Source of the DNA: the human T2T-CHM13v2.0 reference genome, Homo sapiens
Assembly: GCF_009914755.1 (NCBI RefSeq)
Contig: NC_060947.1
DNA: 64,000 bases
Direction: 5' to 3' (one strand)
Under the pieces are notes generated by a model, which was given only the letters and a program-made list of their open reading frames with translations, was not told the origin of the DNA and did no database searches. This document shows, piece after piece, positions 12,498 through 29,528 of the stretch. A program made the translations under genes and the position numbers. Position 1 is the stretch's first letter; the number at the start of each line of letters is the position of its first letter.

Positions 12498-13190
12498 GTG
12501 TATCCGAATTTTCTTAAGGTCACTAGTCAGACGTCACTTTATTGGAAAGGCTATCCTCCATTTAATGGTGAAGACGTTAAATGGTACTTGTACTTCTTTC
12601 CAAAAAAATGATACTTTTATCAGTTATTTTACTACAGTACCTGGAACATGTAAACTTGCAAGCAATATTTGGTGAATGAAATATTTGGTTAACCTGAATT
12701 TAGTATTGCAGTCTTCATTACTAGAAAGCATTTACATGTTTTAACTGTCAGGGAGCAACACTGGTAAGTGATTAATTCCCTATCAATAAAATGGATAGAG
12801 TACTATTCATGCTACATGTTCTCACAGTTGTGGCAAGGGTTATTAAATTGCCAACTGTAGTACTAAACTTATATTAATGTTGTACTCGTTAGTATTACTC
12901 TTGTTATGTTCAGAGGAAATATGGAATAAAAGTAAGATCATGGGCCTGGTTCAAATCTGAAATTCTGCTACGTCCTAGTCGGGTGATGTAGGTCAAGTTT
13001 CTTAACTCCTCTGAGTCTTAGATTCTTCGTATGAAAAATGGAAAAAATGCTAGCACCTACTTCTCAGGATTGTTTTGAAAAACAAATTAATTAATATATT
13101 TAAGCTTTTAGCACAGAGCCTAGTACATAGTGTATGTTCAGTAATTACAAACTATTACTAGTGAGTATAATAGGATGTGAAAATTCATGA

Positions 13191-13590
<400 letters not shown>

Positions 13591-13815
13591 AGATTTTTGC
13601 AATAGAGAAAGCACTGGACATCATTTTATCATAGAATATTAAAGCTGGAAGAGACCATAGGATCATAGGAACCCACAGTCTCTTGCAAGAATCCAGGTCT
13701 CCAAACTCAGAAACATGCTGATTGTTCCTTCCTGAAAATGCACATTCGGCATGGCATAGCTTTTGCAATCAGTGACGATACCAAGGCATCAGGGGCTAGA
13801 GGCTTAGGACATCAC

Positions 13816-14064
13816 TGACAAAGCAGGAGTATTGCCATCTTGAACAAGCTCTGTCATTTTAAAATTCACCTTAATCAAAAACCGCCAAAATCCAAACGGC
13901 ATCAGCCTAATGGCTAAGGTCAGCATGACCATAAACCGCAAATAACATCTCCAACCAGAAACATTCCAGACTCCTCCCCGACCAGAGACAAGCTAGCCCC
14001 AAGATAACCCCACCCTGGCCAGGAAGATGCCAGCCCCAAAATAACCTCCTCCCCTCCACCCAGA
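13816..14064 (+). mobile_element. 5' half of an ERV1 LTR (MER61/MER83/MER84-like), truncated
   Basis: Starts tgacaaagcaggagtattgccatcttg...; ends abruptly at an Alu. Confidence 0.65.
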
Positions 14065-14305
14065 GGCGTGGTCTCGGCTCACTGCAACCTCTGCCTCCTG
14101 GGTTCAAGCGATTCTTCTGTCTCAGCCTGCCAAGTAGCTGGGACTACAGGCGCTTGCCTCCGCACCCGGCTGATTTTTCTATTTTTAGTAGAGACAGGAT
14201 TTCACTATGTTGGCCCAGCTGGTCTCGGAACTCCTGACCTCAAGATCCGCCCACCTCGGCCTCCCAAAGTGCTGGGATTACAGGCGTGAGCCACCGTGCC
14301 CAGCC
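14065..14305 (-). mobile_element. Alu lacking its 3' ~40 nt and A-tail
   Basis: Starts at ggcgtggtctcggctcactgc and runs to gtgcccagcc. Confidence 0.9.
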
Positions 14306-17300
14306 GCGTTTATGTTTTTCTCTTCATAAATTTTGTTTTCCTGGAAAAGGTTTTTTCCTGGTCGACTAAATTACTTTTCTCCACTCTGTCTTGCCACTCT
14401 TGGTGCATGTATGAAAGACCCTGAAATGACTCCTGGTGGCCTGGGACTCCTTGGGAAAACAAAAAAGGTGCCACAAATCCCGTTTTGGGAAAAACCTCTG
14501 TTTTCCTTATGAAACCCCTAGACTTAAATAAGTACCTCTCAAAGATCTGTCTTTGTCTTCCAACTGTACTTGTTCATTAGGCCCTAGAAACTGTTTTCTT
14601 AGCCCTGTTCCTAAAAGGCCTCACCCGAAGGCCAATAATCCAATTGGAAAATTAGCAGAAAAAAAATCTTATAACTACTAAGTCTTCTTCTGATTGTCTG
14701 TGTGGCTATATATGTTTTATGTGTGTGATGTCTATTAAAAGAACTCTAATTAACTGGCCAAAAAAATAAGCACTTAAATCAAATATTTTTAAGGGAAAAG
14801 TAAAAGCTGTGGGACCTTTCAGTTCTCGTAATTTTAATCTTTAGAACTTACCGGTACAGCAAAGTTAAAAGTTGAGTTGAAAGTCGTTAAGAGGTGCCAG
14901 CGTACGTTTTTATTTGCATTTATTAATCAAGCAATTTCATACTTATGGCTGCAAAATACTATAAGGTGTCAACATTTGGCACAGAGGCTACAAAACGACA
15001 ACTCAGCCCAAACAAAATAATCTTTGCTTGTGTAATTTTTTCAATAAATAAAGCATGAATATTGGTTTAACGAAGATAGCTATATCTTTAACTATTTAGT
15101 AAAATATGCTAACTTCCAACCTTGTGGCCTTAGGCAGTCTAGTCCACAGACATGAAGGAAATTTGTTTTGGGAAAGAACTGTTATCATCTTTAATATTAA
15201 AGAAAAGATAATTGGTATAAGAAAGAATCTCACATGGTAAATTTTTGTCCTAAAGTAAATTAACTGTTGTTTAAAAAAAGGGATGACTTTACAACAAGTC
15301 AGAAAGGTAAGGCATGTCAGAAATTGTCTGTGAAAGTCGTGAAGAATTTTATAAAAGGGAATTTGTGCAAGAAATGTCGCACAATTTAAAAGTAATTCGG
15401 CCTCCTGAATGCTGTATACAATTTCACTCTAACTCTTAGCTGTACAGCTTGCCTGCTTTGCAGCTGAATAAACCCTAGGACACATGGAGTTAAATGCTGG
15501 AATAAACCAGACCTTCTCCGCACTTCCGTCTGGGTCCTAGGCCCTACACCTAGTGCGTAATTAGATTCCCAGACTTACCAAGGTTTTCATCAAAAGTAAA
15601 GGTTGCTAAAACTTAGCAGTGTAACACGTATTTAAAACTACCGAAGAAATAGTTTATGAGCAAGGTGTGTAAGGAAAGTAAAATATACTTTTGGTAAAAA
15701 GATTATAAGGAGGCCTAAGAATGTGGATTTTTGCCTACATTAAAAGGTTAAAAAATTGTTTTAAAGGTTTAAGCAACTTTTGGAAGGTTAATTGTAAAGA
15801 AAATTTCGTGTGTGTACATACTGGCTAAAGTTAAAGGGGTATCATTCAGGTTTTCTGTAAATCGAGCATTAAAATAAAAGCACAATGGGTTTCTGTTAAA
15901 GCACTAACCTGCTCTTTAACAAAAAGTATAAACGGTTAAAAAGGGTCTATAAAAACCTTACCTTCCGGTCAAACATGAACATTGGGTAAATGCGTCTACA
16001 AGGTTTTATGAAAAATGGAGCTTAACATTAATAGCACACTAATACAATGGTAAAATTCGGCTTATTTGATATAAAATCATACAGGAAGCATTGTCAAATA
16101 TAAAATGGTATTTGGCTTTCTTTGGGCTATAGTTGTATAAATATGCTATTGGGATGTGTTCCAAAGTTATGGCAGATTCCTATCATTCTAATATATCTTA
16201 GTGTACGTTATCACTAATAATTATAATTGTTTTGTTAAAATTATTGTGTGCCACAGAGGTAACGGATATCTTTGTCAACTGTGTCTTTAACTATGGCTAC
16301 CCTAAAACTTTTTGTCATCCATAAACAATTGTTGTCTTGTTTTAGTCCTCTTCAAAGGGTGGTTTTCTAATCAGCTATAAAGCTCTGATTGCAGGTTTCT
16401 GATAAAAAGCAGGACAGGAATTAACTGCATAAACCAAACTAATAGGAAACTAATCTGTTTAACGTTTTGCTTAAAATATTGCTATCCCTTTGTTTTACCT
16501 TTCAAAGTCAAAGAAACTTTTTTTAAGCGATTAACAGCTTTTAACTGTTAACTGCTAACTCCCATATGTATGGGAGTTAACTGTTCACTTTTAACTGTTT
16601 AACTTTTAACTGTTAACTCCCATCAACAAAATTTGGAGGATACTTGTTTCTCTCTACCTGATTCTCTCCAAAATTTGGAAACTATCTATGAGTATTCTTA
16701 AGTTATGGCAATATAGTTATTTGCATAAATACAACAAGAATCTGTTTTCTTTTGTAACGGGACACGATTGGAAAAACTGGTTATTCTTACCAAGGCTTTA
16801 ACTGGAATGGTGTGCTTTTCCTTTAAGGAATCCAGCTTTAACTTATAAAGCCAATAAAGCCCTTGAAAAACTGGCCTCATATTTTGTGTACACAGTCCCC
16901 GTACAGGGGTTGTGATCTGTGGTAAACAGAACATGTCACTTTCTAACAGGCCAGGAACCCTAAGTTATCTTGAAACATCAAGAGGAGAGGAATTCACCCA
17001 AGTCATAGGTATTTAATGGTACAAATCCATGGCTGGGCTTGGCTTTCAAAAGTCTTTTATCTCAGATTGCTTCTACAAAACCAAATTCCACCAAAGCCCA
17101 TTTAAAAGGCCTATGTAACAAATAATTATTCTTGCAGCACTCTATGCAAACAAGTAAGCCAAGTATCCTAAAGCAAACCTACCATAATTTGTCTTTTAAT
17201 AAAAATGGGAAAGTGGAGAGAGGAAATTATGTTTCCAAAACTATGACACCCCTCTTGTTAAATTCTAGAGTTGCCTGATGTTTTTCAGTTATTATTTGCT

Positions 17301-18145
17301 ACTGTTTAATTAAATTCTAATTTTTCTGACTACAAGACTTCAAAATAAGCTGTGCTTTCTTAAAGCCCTATAAACTGGAAACTAGATGTTTCAGCAGGCA
17401 CTGCCTCTAAGCCCCCTAACCCTCACAGGAGCAAATAAAGAAATAGGAAATCGTAAGCTAAAAATCATAAAAAATAAATAACCGAGAAAGAATTGCTCGT
17501 CTTACTCAGTCTCACCCCTACCTCACCAAACACTTTTGTCATTCCTATCTCTCCTTTCAAGCCAAATATTACAACTTTTTAATGGAAATTATTGACTACA
17601 CCACCCTTGTGGAAACTGCTTTACTCACCCTACTATTTGCAGTAAAACTATATACTGTAGCACCCTCAGGGTAAAATGTCAGACAAAAACAATCTCAATT
17701 ACTGTAGCATTTTGCTTAATTATTAGCCTCTTAGCAGGAATAACGCTTACTAACAGAAACTAACACATGGGCCTTTCCAAACATGTGCTTCTACCTCTCA
17801 TTAGGTAAGGAATATTGTTTCTTTATCAACCAATCAGGCCTAGTAAAAAAACGCTGCTAAAACAAACATAAAGAAAAGGCTAAAAAGCTAAGGGAGTACC
17901 AAAACAACCAAATAAGTTCTTGGTTTGGGAACACAATCATAGCATGGGTCATCCTATTTCTGGGCCCTCTCCTAATAATATGCCTGGGGCTAATTTTCTT
18001 ACCCTGCCTAATTAACCTTTCTCGGAAAATTTTAACTAACAGGATCACGGCCATTTCACAGACAACTACCCAAAAACATCTACAGACGGCATTGCTCCTA
18101 CTGTCAACCCAAAAAACTCTCCGTCCCCTCGTCAGCAGGAAGTAA
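14306..18145 (+). mobile_element. ERV1 internal sequence (MER4-group-like) ending in an env remnant; 3' LTR absent
   Basis: Homology blocks to 1400-4970; env TM remnant at its 3' end. Confidence 0.75.
17792..18145 (+). pseudogene. Retroviral env transmembrane-subunit remnant (frameshifted)
   Basis: Manual translation: YLSLGKEYCFFINQSGLVKN, then in another frame SWFGNTIIAWVILFLGPLLIICLGLIFLPCLINLSRKILTNRITAI...RK*, a gamma-type TM signature. Confidence 0.8.
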
Positions 18146-20683
18146 TTTTCATTTCAGGGAGATCTTCCAATTTATTCACATACAGTTTCCCACGGTCACC
18201 ACAAGAGCCCTTTGAATTTTTGCAGCTTTAGCCTGTAATGTCTCCTTTCAATTTTGGAGTTTATTTATCTCGATCTCTCCTTTTTCTTCCTTAGATTGGC
18301 TACAGGTTTCTCAATTTTGAATAGCTTTTTAAAAAAAAACCCAACTTTTTGTTTCCTTGATAGTGTTTTGACTTTCTTCATTTTACTTTCATTTATTTCT
18401 GCTCTGGTCTTTTATTATTTCTTTTCTTCTACTGATTTGGGGTTCACTTTGAGCTTATTTTTCTGTTTTTTTAAGATGCGTCATGAATTATTTGCAGGTG
18501 TTCCTCTTTTTCAATGTAGGCACTTATAGCTATAAACTTCCCTCTTAATACTGCTTTTGCTGTATCCCATGGGTTTTGGTATGTTGTGTTTCCATGATCA
18601 TTTATTTTGAGAAATTTTACAATTTAGTTTTTAATTTCTTCATTGACCTGTGGGTCATTCAGGAGCATATTTTTTTTTTAATTCTATGGATTTGTATAAT
18701 TTTCAAAGTTCCCCTTGTTATTTTCGGGATTTTCTTTTTTTGTTTTTTGGTGGTCAGAGAAGGAGCTTGATATTATTTCAATTTATTTGAATGTTGATGT
18801 TTTAAGACTTGTTTTATGACCTAACATATATTCTAACCTTGAGAATGATCCACGTGCTGGGTAAAAGAAGGTGTATTTTGCAGTCCTTGGAAGAAGTGTT
18901 TTGTAAATGTCTGTTACATCCATTTGGTCTGTAATGTACATTAAGTGTGATGTTTCTGTGTTGATTTTATGTCTGGAAGAACTGTCCAATGCTGAAAGTA
19001 GGGTGTTGAAGCCCCCAGCCATTATGCTATTGGGACCTATCTCTCCCATTAGTTGTAATAGTGTTTCCTTTATATACCTTGGTGCTACAGACTTGGGTGC
19101 ACATATATGTAAAGTTCTTATAGCCTTTTGTTGAACTGATCCCTTCATTATTATATAGTGACTTTTTTTCCTCTTACATTTTGTGTCTTGAAATCTATTT
19201 TGTTTGCTAGGAATATAGCTAATGCTGCTTCTTTCTGGTTCCATTCGCATGGAGCATCTCTTTCTATCCCTTTATTTTCAGTCTATGTGTGTCTTCAGAA
19301 GTGAAGTGTGTTTCTGGCAGGCAACAGATCAATGTGTCTTGTTTTTTCATACATTCAGCCAGTCTATGTCTTTTCATGGAAGAGTTTAGCCCATTTACAT
19401 TCAATGTTACTATTGATAAGTAGGAACTTACTCCTGTCATTTTGATTTTTATGTTCAGATGTTTTTGTGATCTTATCTTCCTTCTTTCTTTCCTTTCCGT
19501 CTTTTCTTAGGATGATTTTTCTGTGGGTAGATGATTTAGTTCCTTGCCTTCGAATTTTTGTGTATATATTGCATGTTCTTTAGTTTCAGGTTACCTTGAG
19601 GCTTGCAAATAATATCTTATAAACCATTATTTTTAATCTGATATTTACTTAAGACGATTTTGACAAACAAACAGCAAACAAAAATAAAACTAATAAAGCT
19701 GCATCTTAACTTTGTCCCACCGCTAATTTTTTGTCATTTCTTTCTGTATCTCATTGTGTTGACTGTGTCTTGAAAAGTTGTGCTTTTACATTTTGATTGG
19801 TTTATCCTTTAGTCTTTCTACTTAGAATAAGAGCGGTTTACACACTACAGTCACTTTTTTATCATATTCTTTCTGTGTACTTACAATGACCACTGAGTTT
19901 TGTACCTTCCGTTGATAACTTATTGTTCACTACCGTCCTTTTCTTTCTGATTGAAATACTCCTTGTAACATTTCTTGCAGGACAGGGCTAGTGATGATGA
20001 AATCCCTCAGGTTTTGATTCTCTGGGCCCATTTTTATTTCTCCTTCATGTTTGAAGGATAGTTGTTGCAGATATATTATTCTAAGGTTAAAATTTTTTTC
20101 TTTCAGCACTTTAAATATGTCATGCCACTCTCTCCGGGCCTGTAAGGTTTCCACTGAAAAGTCTGCTGCCAGACATATTGGAGCTCCATTGGATGTTATT
20201 TGTTTCTCTTCTCTTGCTGCTTTAAGAAAAATTCTTTATCCTTGATTTTTGGGAGTTTCATTACTGAATAACTTGAAGCACCCTTCTTTCAGTTAAGTCT
20301 CCTTGGTGTTCTATAACATTCTTATACTTGGATATGTGTCTCTTTCTCTGGGTTTGGGAAGTTCTCTATTATAATCTCTTTGGAGAAACTTTCTACTCCT
20401 ATGTGTTTCTGTACCTCCTCCTTAAGGCCAATAACTCTTAGATATGTCCTTTTGAAGCTATTTTCTAGATCCTGCAGACATGCTTCATTGCTTTCTACTC
20501 GGTTTTTCTTTCGTCTTTTCTGACAAAAGACTATTTTCAAATAGCCTTTCTTCAAGCTTATTAATTCCATCTTCTGTTGATTGATTCTGCTATTAACAGA
20601 ACTTGAGAGATTCCTCAGCCTATCACTTGCATTTTTCAGCTCTACAATCTCTGCTTGATTCATTTTCATTCTTTGAAACTTAT
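18146..20683 (-). mobile_element. Old L1 (L1MA/L1M-type) fragment: ORF1 C-terminal part, long inter-ORF spacer, ORF2 endonuclease remnant
   Basis: ORFs 19930-20154 (ETLQARREWHDIFKVLKE) and 18783-19250 (KGSVQQKAI...GFNTLLSALD) on the minus strand. Confidence 0.85.
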
Positions 20684-22341
20684 TGTTAACTTTCTGTCTC
20701 GTTGATCTGTCTAATGTTGACAGTGGGTTGTTAAAGTCTCCCATTATTATTGTGTGGGAGTCTAGGTCCCTTTGTAGGTCTCTAAGGACTTCCTTTATGA
20801 ATCTGGGTGCTCCTGTATTGGCTGCGTATATATTTAGGATAGTTAGCTCTTCTTGTTGAATTGATCCCTTTACCATTATGGAATGGCCTTCTTTGTCTCT
20901 TTTGATCTTTATTGGTTTAAAGTCTGTTTTATCAGACACTAGGATTGCAACCCCTGCCTTATTTTGTTTTCCATTGGCTTGGGAGATCTTCCTCCATCCC
21001 TTTATTTTCAGCCTATGTGTGTCTCTGCACGTGAGATGGGTTGCCTGAATACAGCACACTGATGGGTCTTGACTCTTTATCCAATTTGCCAGTCTGTGTC
21101 TTTTAATTGGAGCATTTAGCCCATTTACATTTAAGGTTAATATTGTTCTGTGTGAATTTGATCCTGTCGTTATGATGTTAGCTGGTTATTGTGCTCCTTA
21201 GTTGATGCAGTTTCTTCCTAGCTTCGATGGTCTTTACAGTTTGGCATGTTTTTGCAGTGGCTGGTACTGGTTGTTCCTTTCCATGTTCAGTGCTTCCTTC
21301 AAGAGCTCTTTCAGGGCAGGCCTGGTGGTGACAAAATCTCTCAGCATTTGCTTGTCTATAAAGGATTTTATGTCTCCTTCACTTATGAAGCTTAGTTTGG
21401 CTGGATATGAAATTCTGGTGAAAATTCTTTTCCTTAAGAATGTTGAATATTGGCCCCCACTCTCTTCTGGCTTGTAGAGTTCCTGCTGAGAGATCAGCTG
21501 TTAGTCTGACGGGCTTCCCTTTGTGGGTAACCCGACCTTTCTCTCTGGCTGCCCTTAACATTTTTTCCTTCATTTCAACTTTGGTGAATCTGACAATTAT
21601 ATGTCTTGGAGTTGCTCTTCTCGAGGAGTGTCTTTGTGGCGTTCTCCGCATTTCCTGAATTTGAATGTCGGCGTGCCTTGCTAGATTGGGGAAGTTCTCC
21701 TGGATAATATCCTGCAGAGTGGTTTCCAGCTTGGTTCCATTCTCCCCATCACTTTCAGGTACACCAATCAGACGCAGATTTGGTCTTTTCACATAATCCC
21801 GTATTTCGAGGAGGCTTTGTTCATTTCTTTTTATTCTTTTTCTCTAAACTGCTCTTCTCGCTTCATTTCACTCATGTGATCTTCCATCACTGATACCCTT
21901 TCTTCCAGTTGATCGCATTGGCTACTGAGGCTTCTGCATTCGTCATGTAGTTCTCGTGCCTTGGTTTTCAGCTCCATCAGGTCCTTTAAGGACTTCTCGG
22001 CATTGGTTATTCTAGTTAGCCATTCATCTATTTTTTTTCTCAAGGATTTTAACTTCTCTGCCATTGGTTCGAACTTCCTCCTTTAGCTCGGAGTAGTTTG
22101 ATCGTCTGAAGCATTCTTCCTTCAACTCGACAAAGTCATTCTCCATGCAGCTTTGTTCTGCTGCTGGTGAGGAGCAGCGTTCCTTTGGAGGAGGAGAGGC
22201 ACTCTGATTTTCAGAGTTTCCAGTTTTTCTGCTCTGTTTTTTCCCCATCTTTGTGGTTTTATCTACCTTTGGTCTTTGATGACGGTGACGAACAGAAGGT
22301 GTTTGGGGGGGATGTCCTTTCTGTTTGTTAGTTTTCCTTCT
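20684..22341 (-). mobile_element. Inverted 5' segment of an L1PA4-like insertion (end of 5' UTR, disrupted ORF1, start of ORF2)
   Basis: ORF1 pieces MGKKQSRKTGNS and KRPNLRLIGVPE; ORF2 EN piece; ORF2 start codon reads ACG. Confidence 0.92.
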
Positions 22342-25875
<3,534 letters not shown>

Positions 25876-26269
25876 GGTGAATCTATTTGCACCTAGAAAT
25901 ATGCTTCTTGGAGTATGACCGATGTCTTGACATTGTGCCCACAAAGGAAGAAATTTAATTAAGCACACCTATTTTTTCAGAGTGAATAATATTTATATAA
26001 TCATAATAACATACACACTCATGGTTTTCTACCCATACAATCAACTAGCTATAGATTTTAAAAAGTACTTGAGAGTTACATAAATTTAGTGCTTACAGAG
26101 CCTCGGTGCTAGCAGCAGGCAAGGATGGGTACAGGAAGGACATAAAGAAAGAAGAAGGAAAGAAATACTGATACTTCATCCTACAAACCAGGGAGTTAAG
26201 AAAATCCGTTTCTTGTTGGTAGACAAGAAATGGAAGAAACACAGCCATACATCAGCAAAATTTTTATAT

Positions 26270-26935
26270 ACTTTAAAAACCAAATTGTCACTAATTGAAG
26301 CTAGATACTACAAATTAATATGTTCATTGCAATCCCCTGAGATACCACAAATAATATACGTAAAGAAACATTAAAATGGTACATTATAAAATGTCTATTT
26401 AACACAGAAGAAAAAAGTAGTCAATCAAGAGAGACACAAAAGAGACACCATGCAAACAGAAAGAAAATTTTTAAAATGGCAGACATAGATTCTATCTTAT
26501 CAGCAATTTCCTTAAAGGTAAATGGATTAAATAACTCAATTAAGAGGCAGAGGTTTCTAGAACATATTTTAAATAGTCCAACTATATGCTGTGTACAACA
26601 GAGACACTTTAGATTCAAAGACACAAATGGATTGAAAGTAAAAGGATGGAAAATGATATTCCACGCAAACAGTAACAAAAGAACAATGAAGTGGCCATTG
26701 ACAAAATAGATTAAAAGGCAAAATTTGTGGCTAGGGACAAATAAGGACATTTTATAAAGGTAAATGTGTTCATCTGTCAAGAATATGTGACGATTATGAA
26801 AATATTTGGACCTGGCCACAGAGCCCAAAAATAAATAAACCGAAAACTGACAAAATTGAAGATAGATATAGGACAACTCAGCTGTCATAACTGGAAACTT
26901 TAATGTACCACTTTCAATAACGTATAGACAAACAA
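26270..26935 (+). mobile_element. Old L1M fragment (ORF2 endonuclease N-terminus)
   Basis: ORF 26476-26709 SLKVNGLNNSIKRQR...KVKGWKMIFHAN. Confidence 0.8.
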
Positions 26936-27149
26936 AAATTTGTTGATTGCCTTCCTTATGTGAAGCACTATTCTAAGCCCTAGGAATACAACGGTAAAAA
27001 AAAATAAGAAAAAATAACATTTTTTGCTTTCAAAAAGCTTAAATCCTCATGGTGGTGTGCTATGGTTTTACTATTCATAGCACTTAACATCACTATACCA
27101 CCTAGCTTAGATTTCATTTCTCTGGTTTGTTTTCTATCGCCCTTCATTG

Positions 27150-27620
27150 ATTTTCTGTTGCTTATAACGTAATAATGAAAACGTGGTAATTTATAACGAA
27201 AATGACTTTCTTTCTTACAGTTATGGAGGCTTGGAAGTCCAAGTGGAGGGGCACATCTGGTGGGAGCCTTCTTGCTAGTGTGTTCTCTTTAACGAGTCCT
27301 GAGATGACCAAGGGCATTGCACGGCAAGAGGACTGAGTAGGCTAGCATGCTATACTCAGGTCTCTCTTCCTCTTATAAAGCTACCAGTTCCCCTCCCGTG
27401 ATAACCCATTCATCCATTAACACATTAATCCATGAATGGATTAATCAATTCATGAGGCCGGAAGCCTCATAATCCAATCATATTAAAGAGGCCCCACCTC
27501 TCACCACCTTTCAATACTGCCACATTGGGGATAAAGTTTCTTTTTTATTTATTTATTTATTTTATTGGGGATAAAGTTTCAACATGGATTTATGGAGGTG
27601 ACATTCAAACCATATCACAG
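27150..27620 (-). mobile_element. MaLR LTR (MST/MLT1-type)
   Basis: cttacagttatggaggc..gaagtccaag and acattcaaaccata motifs. Confidence 0.7.
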
Positions 27621-28386
27621 CACCATGAGAATTTAAGCTTTTTCAAAGGAAAAAATGTTATGTTTTCTTATTTTTTTTTTACCGTTGTATTGCCAGGGCA
27701 TAGAATAATGCTTCACGTAAAGAAGGCAATCAACAGATTTTTGTTAACTAAATACTATGGAATGAACTAATAAAACACAAGAAAAAATTCCCAAAGTTTT
27801 ACAGTGTTTTGTTTTTGGAAAACACATCAGTCTATATTAAATAAAGCAATTGAGTATTTTATGATCATAAACATAGGACATAATATCATTGAGTAAAAAA
27901 CTAAGAATGAGAATAAAAGAATTAGGAAAACTGGCAATATTTTTTAAACATAATGCAAAATATTTATTATAAAGAAGCTGAGGTTATCCATCATACTTTC
28001 TGATTCACCAAGATTGTGGAAAGAGAGTCACCTGTTCTGGTAAAAAAAATAAAAAAAAAAATTCTTAAAAAAAATAACCGTGCTGAAAAATAATTTCTAG
28101 AGTGCAGCTGTGCATGTTAACATGCCCTTGAAGCACTTACTTGACTGTTGGACGACTGGATTTCAGGAGGCTTGCTTGAAGTCCAGCATGTTTTTAGCCT
28201 GGCTTTGGCATAAGATAAAAAACAAGAGCTTTACTCAGGAAAAGCTGACTAAGCTATGCACCTCCTAACTACGCAAAATTGGAAGACTGACTTAACTTTG
28301 CTGAGCCTCACTTTCTTATTTATTAAATGGGCCATACTACCTATCCGTGAGAGTTTTGAAAAATAAAGTATCATTTAAAAATCTAT

Positions 28387-28736
<350 letters not shown>

Positions 28737-29143
28737 CTAAATTTAGTAGGTGTTCATTAAACGACAGCCATTATGATTAGTTTTACATGATTATTTCATT
28801 GCTCACGATTATACACATGACTGGTTTCGGAGTATGCAATATTATTCCCTTAATGGATCTGCATCTGTTATAATTAAGAAATGTTAGTTATCTAGCTACC
28901 AACACATACAAGTTATTTCATGAATAAGGACTGTTACCACTGTGGGGGAAGGCAGTTTTCAGTTTATGTCACAAGGTGACAACTTGAACAAAGTAATTCT
29001 CCTTGTGTCTAGGGATGTGGTATAAGATTTTCAAAAGGACAATTCTGTCTTGCTAAAACTTTTGATAGTCTATTGACAGATTGGCAAAGTTAGTGATCAG
29101 AGTTTCCTACTTTGTATTTGAATTGAGATGCAGTTTAATTTAA

Positions 29144-29528
<385 letters not shown>

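Noticed and set aside
16535-16620. Repeated ttaactg/ttaact motifs with a short palindrome (aactcccata..tatgggagtt)
   Set aside because: Short AT-rich slippage and foldback inside degenerate ERV sequence; no evidence of function.
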